A stretch of DNA of 64,000 bases from the human T2T-CHM13v2.0 reference genome, Homo sapiens, in NCBI RefSeq assembly GCF_009914755.1, contig NC_060946.1; one strand, written 5' to 3'. The translations under genes were made by a program, and so were the position numbers. Below the pieces are notes generated by a model. It saw nothing but the letters and a program-made list of their open reading frames with translations, did no database searches and was not told where the DNA came from. Positions 28,974 to 42,342 of this stretch are shown piece by piece; position 1 is the stretch's first letter; each line of letters starts with the position of its first letter.

Positions 28974-29290
28974 GGCCCGGTGCAGTGGCTCACGCCTGTA
29001 ATCCCAGCACTCTGGGAGGCCGAGGCAGACGGATCCCCTGAGATCAGGAATCCAAGACCAGCCTGAGCAACATGGAGAAACCCCATCTCTACTAAAAATA
29101 CAAAATTAGCCAGGAGTGGTGGCGCATGTCTGTAATCCCAGCTACTCGGGAGGCTGAGGCAGGAGAATCGCTTTAACCCAGGAGGCAGAAGTTGCAGTGA
29201 GCTGAGATTGTGTCACTGCACTCCAGCCTGGGTAACAGAGTGAGACTCCGTCTAAAAAAAAAAAAAAAAGAAAGAAAGAAAGAAAGAAAA
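28974..29290 (+). mobile_element. Alu
   Basis: Perfect 15-bp TSD AGAAATGCCTTTGAC at 28958-28972 and 29291-29305. Confidence 0.95.
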
Positions 29291-29468
29291 AGAAATGCCT
29301 TTGACTTTTGCCAAGCCCCTGCTGCTTGCTGCCTCCCCATCCCGAATCACGGCTACCTGGGTGGATGCGCTTTGAACTCAAGATATTCATCCCCTGCCCC
29401 CATTCATCCTGCTTGTCCTCACTCCAAGCTTATCAACCTGGCCTCCAGCCACCCTCTCCCGTCAGTGA

Positions 29469-30200
<732 letters not shown>

Positions 30201-30355
30201 TGAAGCCATTCCAGGTCTCTCCCCCTTCTCCCACTGCCCCAGTATACAAACCTATCTCGGTACCAGTGGGACTTTGGTACCTTTATGAATATGCATGAGT
30301 TTCTCCTGGTGAGCCTGTGAGCCTCTTGAGGGCCAGAACTGTGACTAGTATTTCT

Positions 30356-30659
30356 TTTCTTTTTTCTTTCTTTTTTTTTTTTTTTAAGACAGAGTCTCTC
30401 TCTGTTGCCCATGCTGGAGTGCAGTGGCACAATCATGGCTCACTGCAACCTCCACCTCAAGCGATTTTTCTGCCTCAGCCTCCCAAGTAGCTAGGATTAC
30501 AGGCGCCCACCACCACACGCGGCCAATTTTTGTATTTTTAGTAGAGATGGGGTTTCACCATACTGGCCAGGCTGGTCTTGAATTCCTGACCTCAAGTGAT
30601 CCACCCACCTCGGCCTCCCAAAGTTCTAGGATTACAGGTGTGAGCCACCGCATCCGGCC
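30356..30659 (-). mobile_element. Alu
   Basis: TSD TGACTAGTATTTCT at 30342-30355 and 30662-30675. Confidence 0.95.
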
Positions 30660-31387
30660 TATGACTAGTATTTCTGAATCACCAGTCCCAGCAAAGGCAT
30701 GCCGCGGAGAAGACAATAAATTTTTAATAAATGAGTCAACGGAGGAAGGAAGGAATTAATATAGCTGGGATCATCTCCCTCCCTGGCTCAACAACTTTCA
30801 GATGCTTCCCAGGTTCTCTCTGTCAAGGCCCAGCCTGGTCTTCAAGTCTTGAAGCCCTATATGAAATGGCTCTGGTTCACCCCCGCAACCTTGTCTCAAG
30901 CTGCATCTCCCATACAGTCTTCCCGAAGCAGTCCTGGCCTCCAAGCCTCCATTCATGCAGTTCCCCCTCCCTGTTTCTCCTCCTTAGCCTACCCACATTT
31001 GTGCCTGTGGGGGCCCTGGCCATCCTTGGAGATCTTACAGGGCTTCAGCAATCCAGGGGCACCTGCAGTAGGGACCAGCTACCCCATTTCCCAAATCCCA
31101 CAGCAGAAGGCAGTGAGCAGGGGCTTTGACCAGGAGGACCTGGGTCCCAAATGAATCCTGCCAATGTTTACTATGGAGATGTCAATTCGGCTCTTGGAGT
31201 AAAGAGGAAGAGTCCCTTTTACTTGTCTCCTGGGGCTGCTGTGAGGTTAGAGATACTGTAACCTCTCTAGCGCACAGTAGGTACTCAATAATGGACAGCT
31301 ATTTCCAGCCTGTACACAACACTTCTGTCCTTCTGAGAGGAGGCTCAGAGAGCAGACCTACAGCTCCCCGCAACCTGCAGCCCCAAC

Positions 31388-31599
31388 CTCTCTCTCTCTC
31401 TCCCTCTTTCTCTCTCTCTCCCTCTCTCTCTCTCTCTCCCTCTCTCTCTTCCCCTCTTTCTCTCTCTCTCCCTCTCTCTCTCTCTCCCTCTTTCTCTCTC
31501 TCTCTCTCTCCCTCTCTCTCTCTCCCTCTTTCTCTCTCCCTCTCTCTCTCCCTCTCTCTCTCTCTCCTCCTCTTTCTCTCTCTCTCCCTCTCTCTCTCC

Positions 31600-31636
<37 letters not shown>

Positions 31637-31692
31637 TCTCTCTCTCTCTCTCCCTCTCTCTCTCTCTCTCCCTCTCTCTCTCTCTCTCCCCC
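31388..31692. repeat. (CT)n-rich homopyrimidine tract, ~300 bp
   Basis: Direct inspection; source of the poly-ER and poly-SL ORFs. Confidence 0.97.
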
Positions 31693-31887
31693 TCACCCCC
31701 GACAGTGCCTGCAGCCACCGACTGATGCTGGCGTGGACAGAATGACAATGAGGCCAGGACCTAAGCGAGCCCATCTGGGAACCTAAGACTGTGGCAGAGG
31801 CTCAGATGAAGCCAGGGCTTGGGAGGGGCTAGACAGGGACGGGGCAGGCAGGCAGGGCAGAGCAGGGATAGGAGCAGGGCAGTGATC

Positions 31888-33521
31888 TGCCACTGACTGT
31901 ACAGCTGGGTGTCAGCTTTCCCTTCTGCCCAATGGGTGAATCATTCCCCCTCTCAGGTCTTGTCCTGAGTACCAAGGGCCAAGTGAGAGTTTGGGATGAA
32001 GAGGGACAGAGCCAGGCAGGGCAGGAGCCAGGGAGCAGGGCAGCGGCAGGGTGGGACCAGGGGATGGGGTTCACGATGGAGATGGGGCTGGGGCAGGGAC
32101 CAGTCAGATTTCTGATTCAGAGCAATTCAGATTGCTTGGGCAATCAATCGGACAAAATCACCCCCAGGGCAGGAAAAGAGACAGTGAGAATATTGTTGGA
32201 GGGGGTGGTGCGTGCAGGGAAGAAGGAAGAGGGAGAGAAAGAAGAAAGAAGGAATCTGAGAAGAGACCGTGGAGGGGACGGGGAGAAACCATCCCCTGCT
32301 GGAGTCCCGGAGGCAGCCCCACTGGTGCCAGCCTTCTCCTTTGGCCGGTGGGACCTCTGTGGCCAGAGGGCCAGGGACTCACCCAGGCCCCAGTGAGGGG
32401 GAGGCAGAATGGACAGAATAGGTGGGAAGACGGGCATGGGAAAGGGGTAAAAGGGGAGGTAGGGTGTGGTTGGCACAGGCCTGCATAGCTAACAATCAGA
32501 GAGACGGCCGCCCCTCCTTTTCGAGTCCACATCACAGGTGGAGGGGCCAACTCTTGCCACACGGCCAGCTCATTCCACCTCATTGCCTTTGCCCAAGCCA
32601 GTGCCCTGCCTGGGGTGCCTTTATTTCCCTACCCTCACCCCAAACATTTAATCCTCCTCCCTAATTCCTCCAACATTCACCCCAGCCCTGATCTCCCTCA
32701 GCAATGACTGTCTCACCCTCACCCTCAGAGCTTGGTGTGAGCGGGGTTACAGTCTGGTGGTCCAAGGATGCTTGCTGGTGTCCCATAAATGTGCTTAGTC
32801 CTCACAAGCAGCATGGACGAGCATCACAGCCTGGTGGTTAGGCTCACAGGCTTGGGACTCCACTGGGCCAGGTTCTAGTCCCAGCAGCTTCGTTTTCACA
32901 TAGTAGTTGCTTCATAAATGCTAGGTCCCCTCCTCCTGTTCCATTGCTAGCTCAGAATGTGCACACAGCAGGTGCCCAGTGGTGGCTTCTGGGCTGAGGT
33001 GCCCTTCTGTTCCCTAGTGGGCCCCTTGTCCCTGACAGGACACAAAGATGTCACCCCTGCCTTGGCCTCCAGGCCCAAGCCTGAGCAGTGAAGCTTGGGA
33101 GAAAGGCCCCATTGCTCATTCCCCTTGAGTCTGCAGCTTGGGCAATCAATCGGTCGCCATGGAAACCAGCCTTCCAATCAGAAGCAGGCACTTCTTGGCT
33201 GCGCCAGCGCCACCTACCCACCCACTCAGGCCTGGCTGTGCGGTCCCTCACCTAGGACTGCCAGGGGTTGGGGGCGGGGAGGAGAAAAGGGAAACTGGCA
33301 TAATTGGGGCACACCTGCTTCTATCCCTAAAGCCCTGAGAGTCTCCAAAGAAAGAGCATTTTCTTGGGGTGGGGGTCACTACTTCAGTGGCCCCCTGATT
33401 TTTACAGCATTCATTCCTACAGAGTATGGCCCTTGGTACTCAGAACAAAACCTGAGGGGAGGGAATGATTCACCCATTGGGCAGAAGGGAAAGCTGAGAC
33501 CCAGCTGTAGGGTCAGTGGCA
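31888..33521. repeat. Inverted repeat pair, arms 31888-31981 and 33427-33521
   Basis: Manual alignment gives ~7 differences in ~95 bp and a 37-bp perfect core. Confidence 0.9.
33153..33178 (+). promoter_or_regulatory. RFX X-box GTCGCCATGGAAAC (33153-33166) plus CCAAT box (33174-33178)
   Basis: Close match to the RFX palindrome GTNRCCATGGYAAC; motif match only. Confidence 0.5.
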
Positions 33522-35879
33522 AAGCTAGGTGCATGCCCCCTCCCTGAGCCCCCATCTCCTTCCCCCTCCTCCCTGGCCTGAGGAATGGGACAGGGAAAGG
33601 AGGGGCAGAAGAGTTCCTGGCCCACTGCAGCCAGCACCTGCCTTCCCACTAAATCTACGCCTGGCACTTCCAGGGCCCATTAGCGCCGGGCCCACCAGGG
33701 CCCATTAGCCAGCATCTATGGGCCTCTGCACCCACCTGCCCACCCACGCCCAGCTGCAGCCTCCCGCCCAGGCCCCTCCTTCCCCCACTGCCAGCTGGGA
33801 TTGGACAGAGCCCAGGCTCTGAGTCACACAACCCCACGTTCAACAACTGGCTCCTCGCTGCTGAGACTAAGCAAGCCAGGAAACCTCTCTGAGCCTCAGT
33901 TTCTCTGTTTGGAAAATGGAAAGAATTACTCCTGCCTTACAAGGGAGTGATGAGGACTCAGAGTGCATAAAGAGCTTAACACAGGGCCTGGTATGGACTC
34001 AGTAAAAGGGAGGCCACCTTCCCCATCCCTGTTCCCTCTCAGTACCCAAAACTGTCCCTTGGAGCTGAGCTAAGGCATCCACCTGCCAGGAGAAGGTAGA
34101 AGACAAATTCTACTATTCTTAATAACCAGCCCAGGAAAGCAAATTACAAATAAGATTTAGAGAAGGGCAGCAACTTGCCCCCTACCCCAACACTGGGAGG
34201 GATGGGTAGGATTTGAACCCAGGTCTGTCTGACTCAGACCTGAGCTGTCTCTGCTGCAGCCCAGCCTCTCCCGACCCTGACCCAGCCCTGCTCCAGCCAG
34301 CCAAAGCCTGTCACCCTGGGCCACTAGTGCCCAGCTCTGCACTGACAGAGCACCTGCTATGAACTTGGCATGCCAGGTGCCCACCACCACATACAGCACC
34401 CCCAGCACTTACAGGGCTGCAGAAGGGAAGTCGAAGGGATGTTGAGTCATGCTGGGGGATCTGACCTGGTTGAGGATGCTGGGGAGACTTCTGGAAGGAA
34501 GGCGGAGGCTAGACCAGCTCCCAGCCACCACACAGCTGGTGCTGCCGCCTGCTGTTTGAAGCTTTTGCCCTCTCGGCCTAGAAGTCTCCCATTATGGTGC
34601 TGTGTCTGCTGGGACCCACGGGGCGCTGCACAGGGAACCATGTGGCCGTGAACCTCAAGTCCAGCCCAGCAGGGGTCAATTGTCTCAGCCCACCCCTCCC
34701 TACCCCCAGTATCCTCTCTCCTTTATAGATCATCCATTAAGTGCCAGACACTGCAGAAGGCACATTGACTAATATTAAATATTAGCCCAGCTACCCTGCT
34801 GGGCTGTCCTTCTTAGAAATGAGGAAGTGGAGGGTTAAGTGGATTTCTCAAGGTCGTGCAGCTGGTAAATGGCAGAACCAGGATTTGAACTCAGGTGTGC
34901 ATGACTTCAAAGGAAGACACCACTGAGGCCTCCTCTACTGGGTCTGCCTCCCTACCGCCCCTGGCTCCTTGATGAAGACTCCTGTAGGACAGGATGGAGC
35001 AACTTGCTTCCAGCTATTATGAGATTTCTGCTTCTCCCTTCTCTCCTCCAGAAAACAAATTGATTCATCAAATTACACCTTTAATCTGTCCTAGGGAAGG
35101 GGAGGAATGGGACTCAGCCCCCACAGCAGGAAGCAGGACGGGTAATCAGCCCACCCGTCCTCCCCAGCTCAGGCACAGCCACCCATGCTCTATCCTCCTG
35201 TGATTAAACACTAATTGCCGCTATGCTCTCAAATTGAGTATTTCAATTTCCAGAAACGCAAAGTACATTTCAATCAGTTCCTCTCCCAAACCGTTCCTTC
35301 TCAGGAGCCAGGACAAGAACATAAGCCCCCCAAGGCCATAGACAGCTAAGCCTCACTCCTGTACTCCTGCCGTCCCTCTCCCCCGCAACCACCGCTTCTC
35401 TCCTTCCCGGGTACCCCGTGGGGGAGCTGTGGGCACTCGAAGTGTGTGGGAGCATCCAAGAGACCCTACAATTGTCAGCTCAGAAAAGTGAGGCAGGCCC
35501 CCCCAACCCTGGGGTCAGACAAGGGGATGGGGACTGTCCACTAGAGGCAGGGTCCAGGCTGCCTGCTCCTCACCTGCCCCCGACCTTCTCCCTGCACACG
35601 GTCATTAGACGCTCATCCCAGCCTTCGGAGTGGACAGAGGCTGGGCAGGAATCCCAGTGGGAGCAGAGACTGGCGGGATGGACACCTGGCCCTTAGTTCC
35701 AACTCTGCTACACATCTCCCCTCTCTGGCTCTCAGTGTCCCCATCTGTCCCAGAAAGGGGCTGGGGAGGGGCTCACAGTCGTAGCTGGAAGGTATGTGCT
35801 TCCCAGGCACAGGCCCAGGGCCAGGATCCGGCTGGCTGCAGATTCCCCTGGGGGTTCTGAGGAGGGGCCAGAAATTGAC

Positions 35880-36172
<293 letters not shown>

Positions 36173-36199
36173 AAACTGGCATTTTTGAAAGGCTTTCCA

Positions 36200-36360
36200 A
36201 GCTGGGCATAGTGGCTCATGCCTGTAATCCCAGCTACTCAGAAGGCTAAGGGGGGATGATCCCTTGAGACCAGGAGTTGAAGACCAGCCTGAGCAGCATA
36301 GTGAGATTCTGTCTCTTAAAAAATAAAAATAAATAAGTAAATAAAAATTAAAATGATAAA
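36200..36360 (+). mobile_element. Alu monomer (FLAM-like)
   Basis: Single left-arm-like monomer with an A-rich tail. Confidence 0.8.
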
Positions 36361-36949
36361 AAGCCTCTCCAAATGATTCCAATATGTAGCCGGGGTTTGG
36401 GAACTGCCAGGCTAGTGCAGCCTTCTCTGTTGACAGGTGTGAATATGGGCCCAGAAAGGGTGAGCCTCTAGCCCAGAATCACACAGCAAGTGAGAGATGT
36501 TAGCCAGAAGATAGCTAACAACCCTTCCAGTTTGGACATTTCAGAAAAGCAGGTGAACAAACACACAGAGTGAAGGGGAACAGGGGTGTAGCGCCCACTG
36601 TCACGGAGAGGAAGGGTTGCTGAGAGGTCTAGTCAAGAATTCCTACTTAAAAACCGCATCCCCTCCACAATGTTAGATGTAGGTCCTGAGCAAGTTACTC
36701 CATCCTAAAAATAAAGATGGCGCTAGAGATTTAACCGAGGTCTCTCCAAGGTCCCTTCTGGCTCCAGAACCCTCCTTCCAGGCCAGCTGGAAGCATAATA
36801 AATAATAATAACAATGGCAGACATTTATTGAGCATTTACTAAGTCTAGGAACTGAGCTAAGCCTTTGGCGTGGATTGCTTCTTTCTAGCCACTCCACCAT
36901 CCTAAGAAGGGCTGTCTTATTTCCCTCTAGCTCTCCTACAGGTGAGCAA

Positions 36950-37975
36950 AGCGCGGCTCGGGAAGGTAGCTCCTGCCGGAATGGAGCAGAAACGTCTCGG
37001 CTGGGAATCGAACCCAGGGTCAGTCAGTAGCGGCCGCGTTTTAGGACCCGGCGGTGCACCGAAGACCCGGCGGAACGGCGCGCACCCCGGGCCCAGAGCT
37101 CATTAGCCGGGCGCCGCGGGGGCCTTCATTAAAGCTCAGCGACGCGGAGGCTGCCCGCGGCGGCCCCGCCTGGGCGCTCCGGGCTGGCCCGGACCTGCGG
37201 CGTCGGCCCAGGAGCATCTGGAAAGGGGGCGCGGGCGGGGATCGGTAGGACCGCCTATGCTCAGGGACTGTCACCCACCCCCTCCCCCAAGCCAAGGAGT
37301 AGCGGGGAAGGGGGGCGAGTGCACCCAGGTATTGGGGGGAGCATCAAATCGGAGTGGAGGGGGCCGGTGTCACCGAGCTATCCCCAAACCTCGAACGGCC
37401 AAGGCCGAGTCACCCCCGCCCCACCCCCACACACTATGCACCCATTTCACAGATGGCAGGTCCTAGCTCAGAGGGTTAGGGCAGGCCCAGAACCGCATCG
37501 CCATCGCCCGTTCGCAGGCCTGATTGAGAGGCTGGAAACGAGGATGGGCAGGGAGTGAGGACCTGTAGGCTCTGCCGGAGAACTTGGGCGTGGGCGGAGC
37601 GGGGCATCCAGGAAGAAGCCCCCACCCCAGCCTTGGATAGGGTAGTATACGATAGGGGGCGTAAAGAAGGGTCATGGGCTCCGGTGGTCGCAGGTCCCAC
37701 CGGCAACCGCCAGGGCGGGGGCAGCAGGAGCAGGAACCTGCTCGCCTCCGCATCTCGTCGGCTCCCCTCTCCCGCCAGACTCCTGTCTCTGCGCCAGGCT
37801 GGCCACCCATCCCCTACGCCGGCCCCGCGCCTCCGTCCTCCTCCCCGCTCCCCGCGCTCTCCTCGCCTCCTCCCGCTTCTCTTACCGGAAACCGATCCTG
37901 TCCCCTCCATCCCACTCCACCGGTTGACTGAGGTCGCCGCCCATCTTTCCACCCCCGCTGTGTGACTCTAGACGA
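36950..37975. promoter_or_regulatory. Orphan CpG-rich island 2
   Basis: ~1 kb, very GC- and CpG-rich, with GC boxes (gggcgg, ccccgccc) and no coding signature. Confidence 0.75.
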
Positions 37976-38695
37976 TTGTCTTAACCTCTCCGAGCCTTAG
38001 TAAGTAGGCAAGTGGAAAAAGAAGTCAGAAGACTCGGGTGATGGAATGCCAGCCTTTAATGGGTTAAAAAGTGGGAAATGTATGTGTATATATTTGCTTT
38101 TCTATGCATATGTTTGCTTGTCTGCGCAGACAGCCTGGAAGAGGAGGGAAGTCGCTGGCGAAGCTGGCTGCCTCCAGGGAGGGAGCCTGGTCCCTGGGGA
38201 ATGAGCCGGGGGAGATGGAGACTCAGTATTGCACACACCTCTTAAATATTCAAATGTGTAAATGCATTAGCAATTCCAGCTAATAAACAAAATAAAATAC
38301 AAACATTTACAAAACTAAAATTTAAGAATAATACTAGTGAAGATTAAGCCAGATAAAGTGTGTGAAGCCAGCAGACACACAGAAGTTTCAGTGAACCGCC
38401 CCTGTTTTGATTGTCACTGCTCACTAGGTTTGCTGTCGGCTGCTCTGGGTGCCCCTCTTCTTCCCCATCTCCCTCCGTCTTCTGGCCTCAAACCCACCTC
38501 GCCTCCTCCTCCCTGCAGCCCCTCCCTGCACTGAAGTCCCTTGCACTCCACCCCCATCTCTTCCAGGGTGGCTGGACACAGGACAGAGGAGCAGGGCTGC
38601 GGTGGAGCCCTGGGGATGATGGAGAGTGGGGGGCAGCTGAGCTGTCTGCCAGTCCCCAGGATCCCGTTTGGGAGGGGATCCCCAGTCTAGCTTCA

Positions 38696-39193
<498 letters not shown>

Positions 39194-40384
39194 CTATACT
39201 CCATCCCACGTGCACCGGGCACAACCTCTGGCCTGCCCATCCCCCTCTTCTCAGCTCCTCCCCTCCCCACCCCCTCCACGGCACAGTCTTGGCAAGAAGG
39301 TCCCCAGAGATAGCAACAAGTAACTAGCACCTTAGGCCAGGCTGAGGGTGTGGCAGATGTGGCCTCAAGGCAGGGCAGGGTGGGGCTGGCCCAGGAACCA
39401 GAGACCTTTTCAGAATCCCGGCTCAAGGACAGGGAGAGGTGTTTCGTGACAGGAAAGAAGGAATCACTCTAGCAGTCCCAGAAAGCATGTCCAAGGGGAG
39501 TCTTGGAGCTCCTCTAGAAAGACCCTCCTCCCTAGTCTTCCTGCCTCCAGCTCGTCCCCTCCAGGCCACCATCCCCGATGCACAGTTCCAAGGCGCTTGA
39601 CATGCACTGGCTCTTAACAGGGCTTTCCCAATGCACACCTGCCAGGCCTGTCCCCCACCTCCCCTTGAGGATCAAGTTCATGCAATGCAGGTTGACATTC
39701 AGAGCCCTCAAGAGGTCCTCCCTGGCCTTCCAGATGCAGCCTCCTTTCTGAAGCTCCAGCCCCCACCTCACCCTGTGCTCTCCGCTCCTTTTGGAGTGAA
39801 AGGTACCCACCCGCCTGCTTTCTGTGAGAGCACCGCACAGTCTGCAACCACAGCCTGGCCCAAGTGAGTGGAGAACCTAGAGGCCAGGGTCTGACTCATT
39901 TCTGAGTCCTCAGGGCCCCTTGGACACAGGGAGCCCAGAAGGGCAGGGGAGTAATGGCAAGTTCTGCAGATTAAGAGGGCTGAGCTGGGGCCCAGTGCCA
40001 GGCAGAGAAACAGCCCTGCCTTAACCACAGACCTGCAAGGCCGGACTGATGGGTCCCTTTAACAGGAAAGGAAACTGAGGCTCAAAGCAAGTGTCTTCTC
40101 CAAGGCCACACAGGCCTTGTTTTGGTTCCTGCATCAGTTGGCTCCCAGCTGGGAAGAGCCTGGAGGGCAGGAGGAAAGCCAATGCCAGGGGATTCTGCCC
40201 CCCTCTCTGTCCGCCTTGGGCACGGCTCTGGCCAAGTCTACACCCTGAGGGCTCCAGCTGCTGCCAGAATTGCTCCTCCTGGTTCCATGGTGCTGGAATT
40301 CCAGCAGAGCCACCTCCTCCCTCTGTCCCCCTGGCCTTGGGAAGCAGCAACTTCCTACTACGCTGTGATCTCATTGTCCCTTTC

Positions 40385-40648
40385 TTTTTTTTTTTTTTTT
40401 TTTTTGAGACTGAGTCTTGCTCTGTCGCCCAGGCTGAAGGGCAGTGGCACAATCTTGGCTCACTGCAACCTCCGCCTCTGGGGTTCTAGCGATGCTCCTG
40501 CCTCATCCTCCTGGGTAGCCGAGATTACAGTCGTGCGCCACCACGCCCAGCTAATTTTTGTATTTTTAGTAGAGATGGGGTTTTACCATCTCTTTGCTGG
40601 GATTTCCCAAAGTGCTGGGATTACAGGCGTGAGCCACCGCGCCCGGCC
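40385..40648 (-). mobile_element. Alu with an internal deletion in the left arm
   Basis: Antisense Alu; TSD-like TTGTCCC(T/C)TTCT flanks. Confidence 0.92.
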
Positions 40649-42039
40649 TTCGTTGTCCCCTTCTAATGCTTCCAATCCCCTACGGTAAGTCCCCCAGTTC
40701 CACTCTGACGATTTTCATTTCCTGGCTTGGCCCCGAGTCCTGAGTGGGTGGCCCCTGCGCAGGTCCTGGCCCCACTGCCCCGGCTGTTCTTCACTGACGA
40801 TGGCCGACACTGCCTGACCTCCAGGTTCCTCAGCCTCACCGAGTTCTTTGGCGCCTCCGGGCCATGTTGCGTGCTGTTCCCCCTGCCTGGCTGATCTTCC
40901 TGAAGCCCTTTGCCTGGCCGGCTCCATCTATCCCTCTGCTCTGCAGCCTCTTAGCGGCGCCCTCCGTGACTCCCAGTCTTAATCCAGCTTGCTCCCCAGT
41001 CCCTCACAAGGCCCTGGCTTCCCCAAAGCCCTGGGTACTGCCTGTGCTTAGGCATCATCTGATTATTTCGTTCATGCTGGATTTTGCCATAGGACCCCCA
41101 GCTCAGGAACTCCAGGAGGGCGGGCACATCTGTCTTCCTCACAGCTGCAGCCGTGGCTCCAGAGACTGACGCTGTGCCTGGGTGGAGGTGTCTTCAGTCA
41201 ATACTTACCGAATGCATGACTCCATGGAAGGATCAAGGAGTGGAGGACAAGACTGGCAGGTGGACACATGGACTGGGCCAGATCACAAAAGGTCTTAAGT
41301 ATTAGCGTAAGAAGGTGAGTAGGGCCCAGGGAAGATCCTTCATTTTCCCTTCCCTTACCAGATGCCTGATTTTCTTGGGTCCCCAGGCTTACGTTGAAAG
41401 CACAATAAATGTGTTTCCTATATCCTAAAATCTTCCCAGCCACCCTGGCCCTCCCCAATCACACACACAAATTGAGCCTGGGAGGCCCAGGAGGGCATGG
41501 GGGTGGAGGCTGTGCCAGGCAGTGTGGGTCACCTGAAGGCCAGAGTCCCTTATCAGGCTCTTCTTTGCCCTGGGCGGCCTCTTGGGCCATGTTGCTGACT
41601 TCACTCCTGTCCCCTCCCTTACCCAGACAATCCAGAGGAGGGGTGATGTTAGCATAGCCCGAGGCAACCCTCAGGGCCTAGTTACAGAGTCACCCTCAGA
41701 AAAGAGACACTGGGACCTGAAAAGAGGCATGGCGGTCCCTGGTTGCTCCCCATTAAACCCTGGCCCAGCTCAGGCCCTGGGCTCTCCTGGGCAGAGCTGT
41801 GTGGCTCTCCTGAATGTGTGAGCACCAAACTTGGAGGTCTTAATTCTGGGGACTCATAGCACCGTGGGGCCGCTCTCTCTCTTCCTCAGTGAAATGTGGG
41901 CATGGCCGGCATACTTCCACCCTCACGGGGACGGTCAGAACAGAGAGGAGACGCAAAGGCGGTGAGAAGGGGCACACAGCTGGGGCGAGTCCCATAGCCT
42001 CTCTGTGCCTCAGTTTACTTGTCTGTTAAGACGGGGTCG

Positions 42040-42342
42040 TCTGATTATGCTAAGTCAGATAAGCCAGATGCAAAAGAACATATATTTTATGATTCCACTG
42101 ATGGGAGGTACCTGGAATAGTTTAATTCATAGAGACGAAGACCAGCGGTTACGGGGGTTGACATGGGAGGGGGCGTGGCGCAGGGCGTGCAAGCTTCTGT
42201 TCGGGATCATGCAGAAGCCCCGGAAATGGATGGTGGTCATGGCCACACAGGAATGTGAATGTACCGAATGCCACGGACCTGTATGCTTACAGAGCTAAAA
42301 TGGTAAATTTCATGTTACGTACATTTTACCGCAATTTAAAAC
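42040..42342 (+). mobile_element. Old L1 (L1MB-like) 3' end
   Basis: attatgctaagt...tatgattccact...aaaatggtaaatttcatgttacgtacattttacc pattern. Confidence 0.75.

Noticed and set aside
31126-31774. Poly-ER and poly-SL ORFs
   Set aside because: Translations of the (CT)n tract
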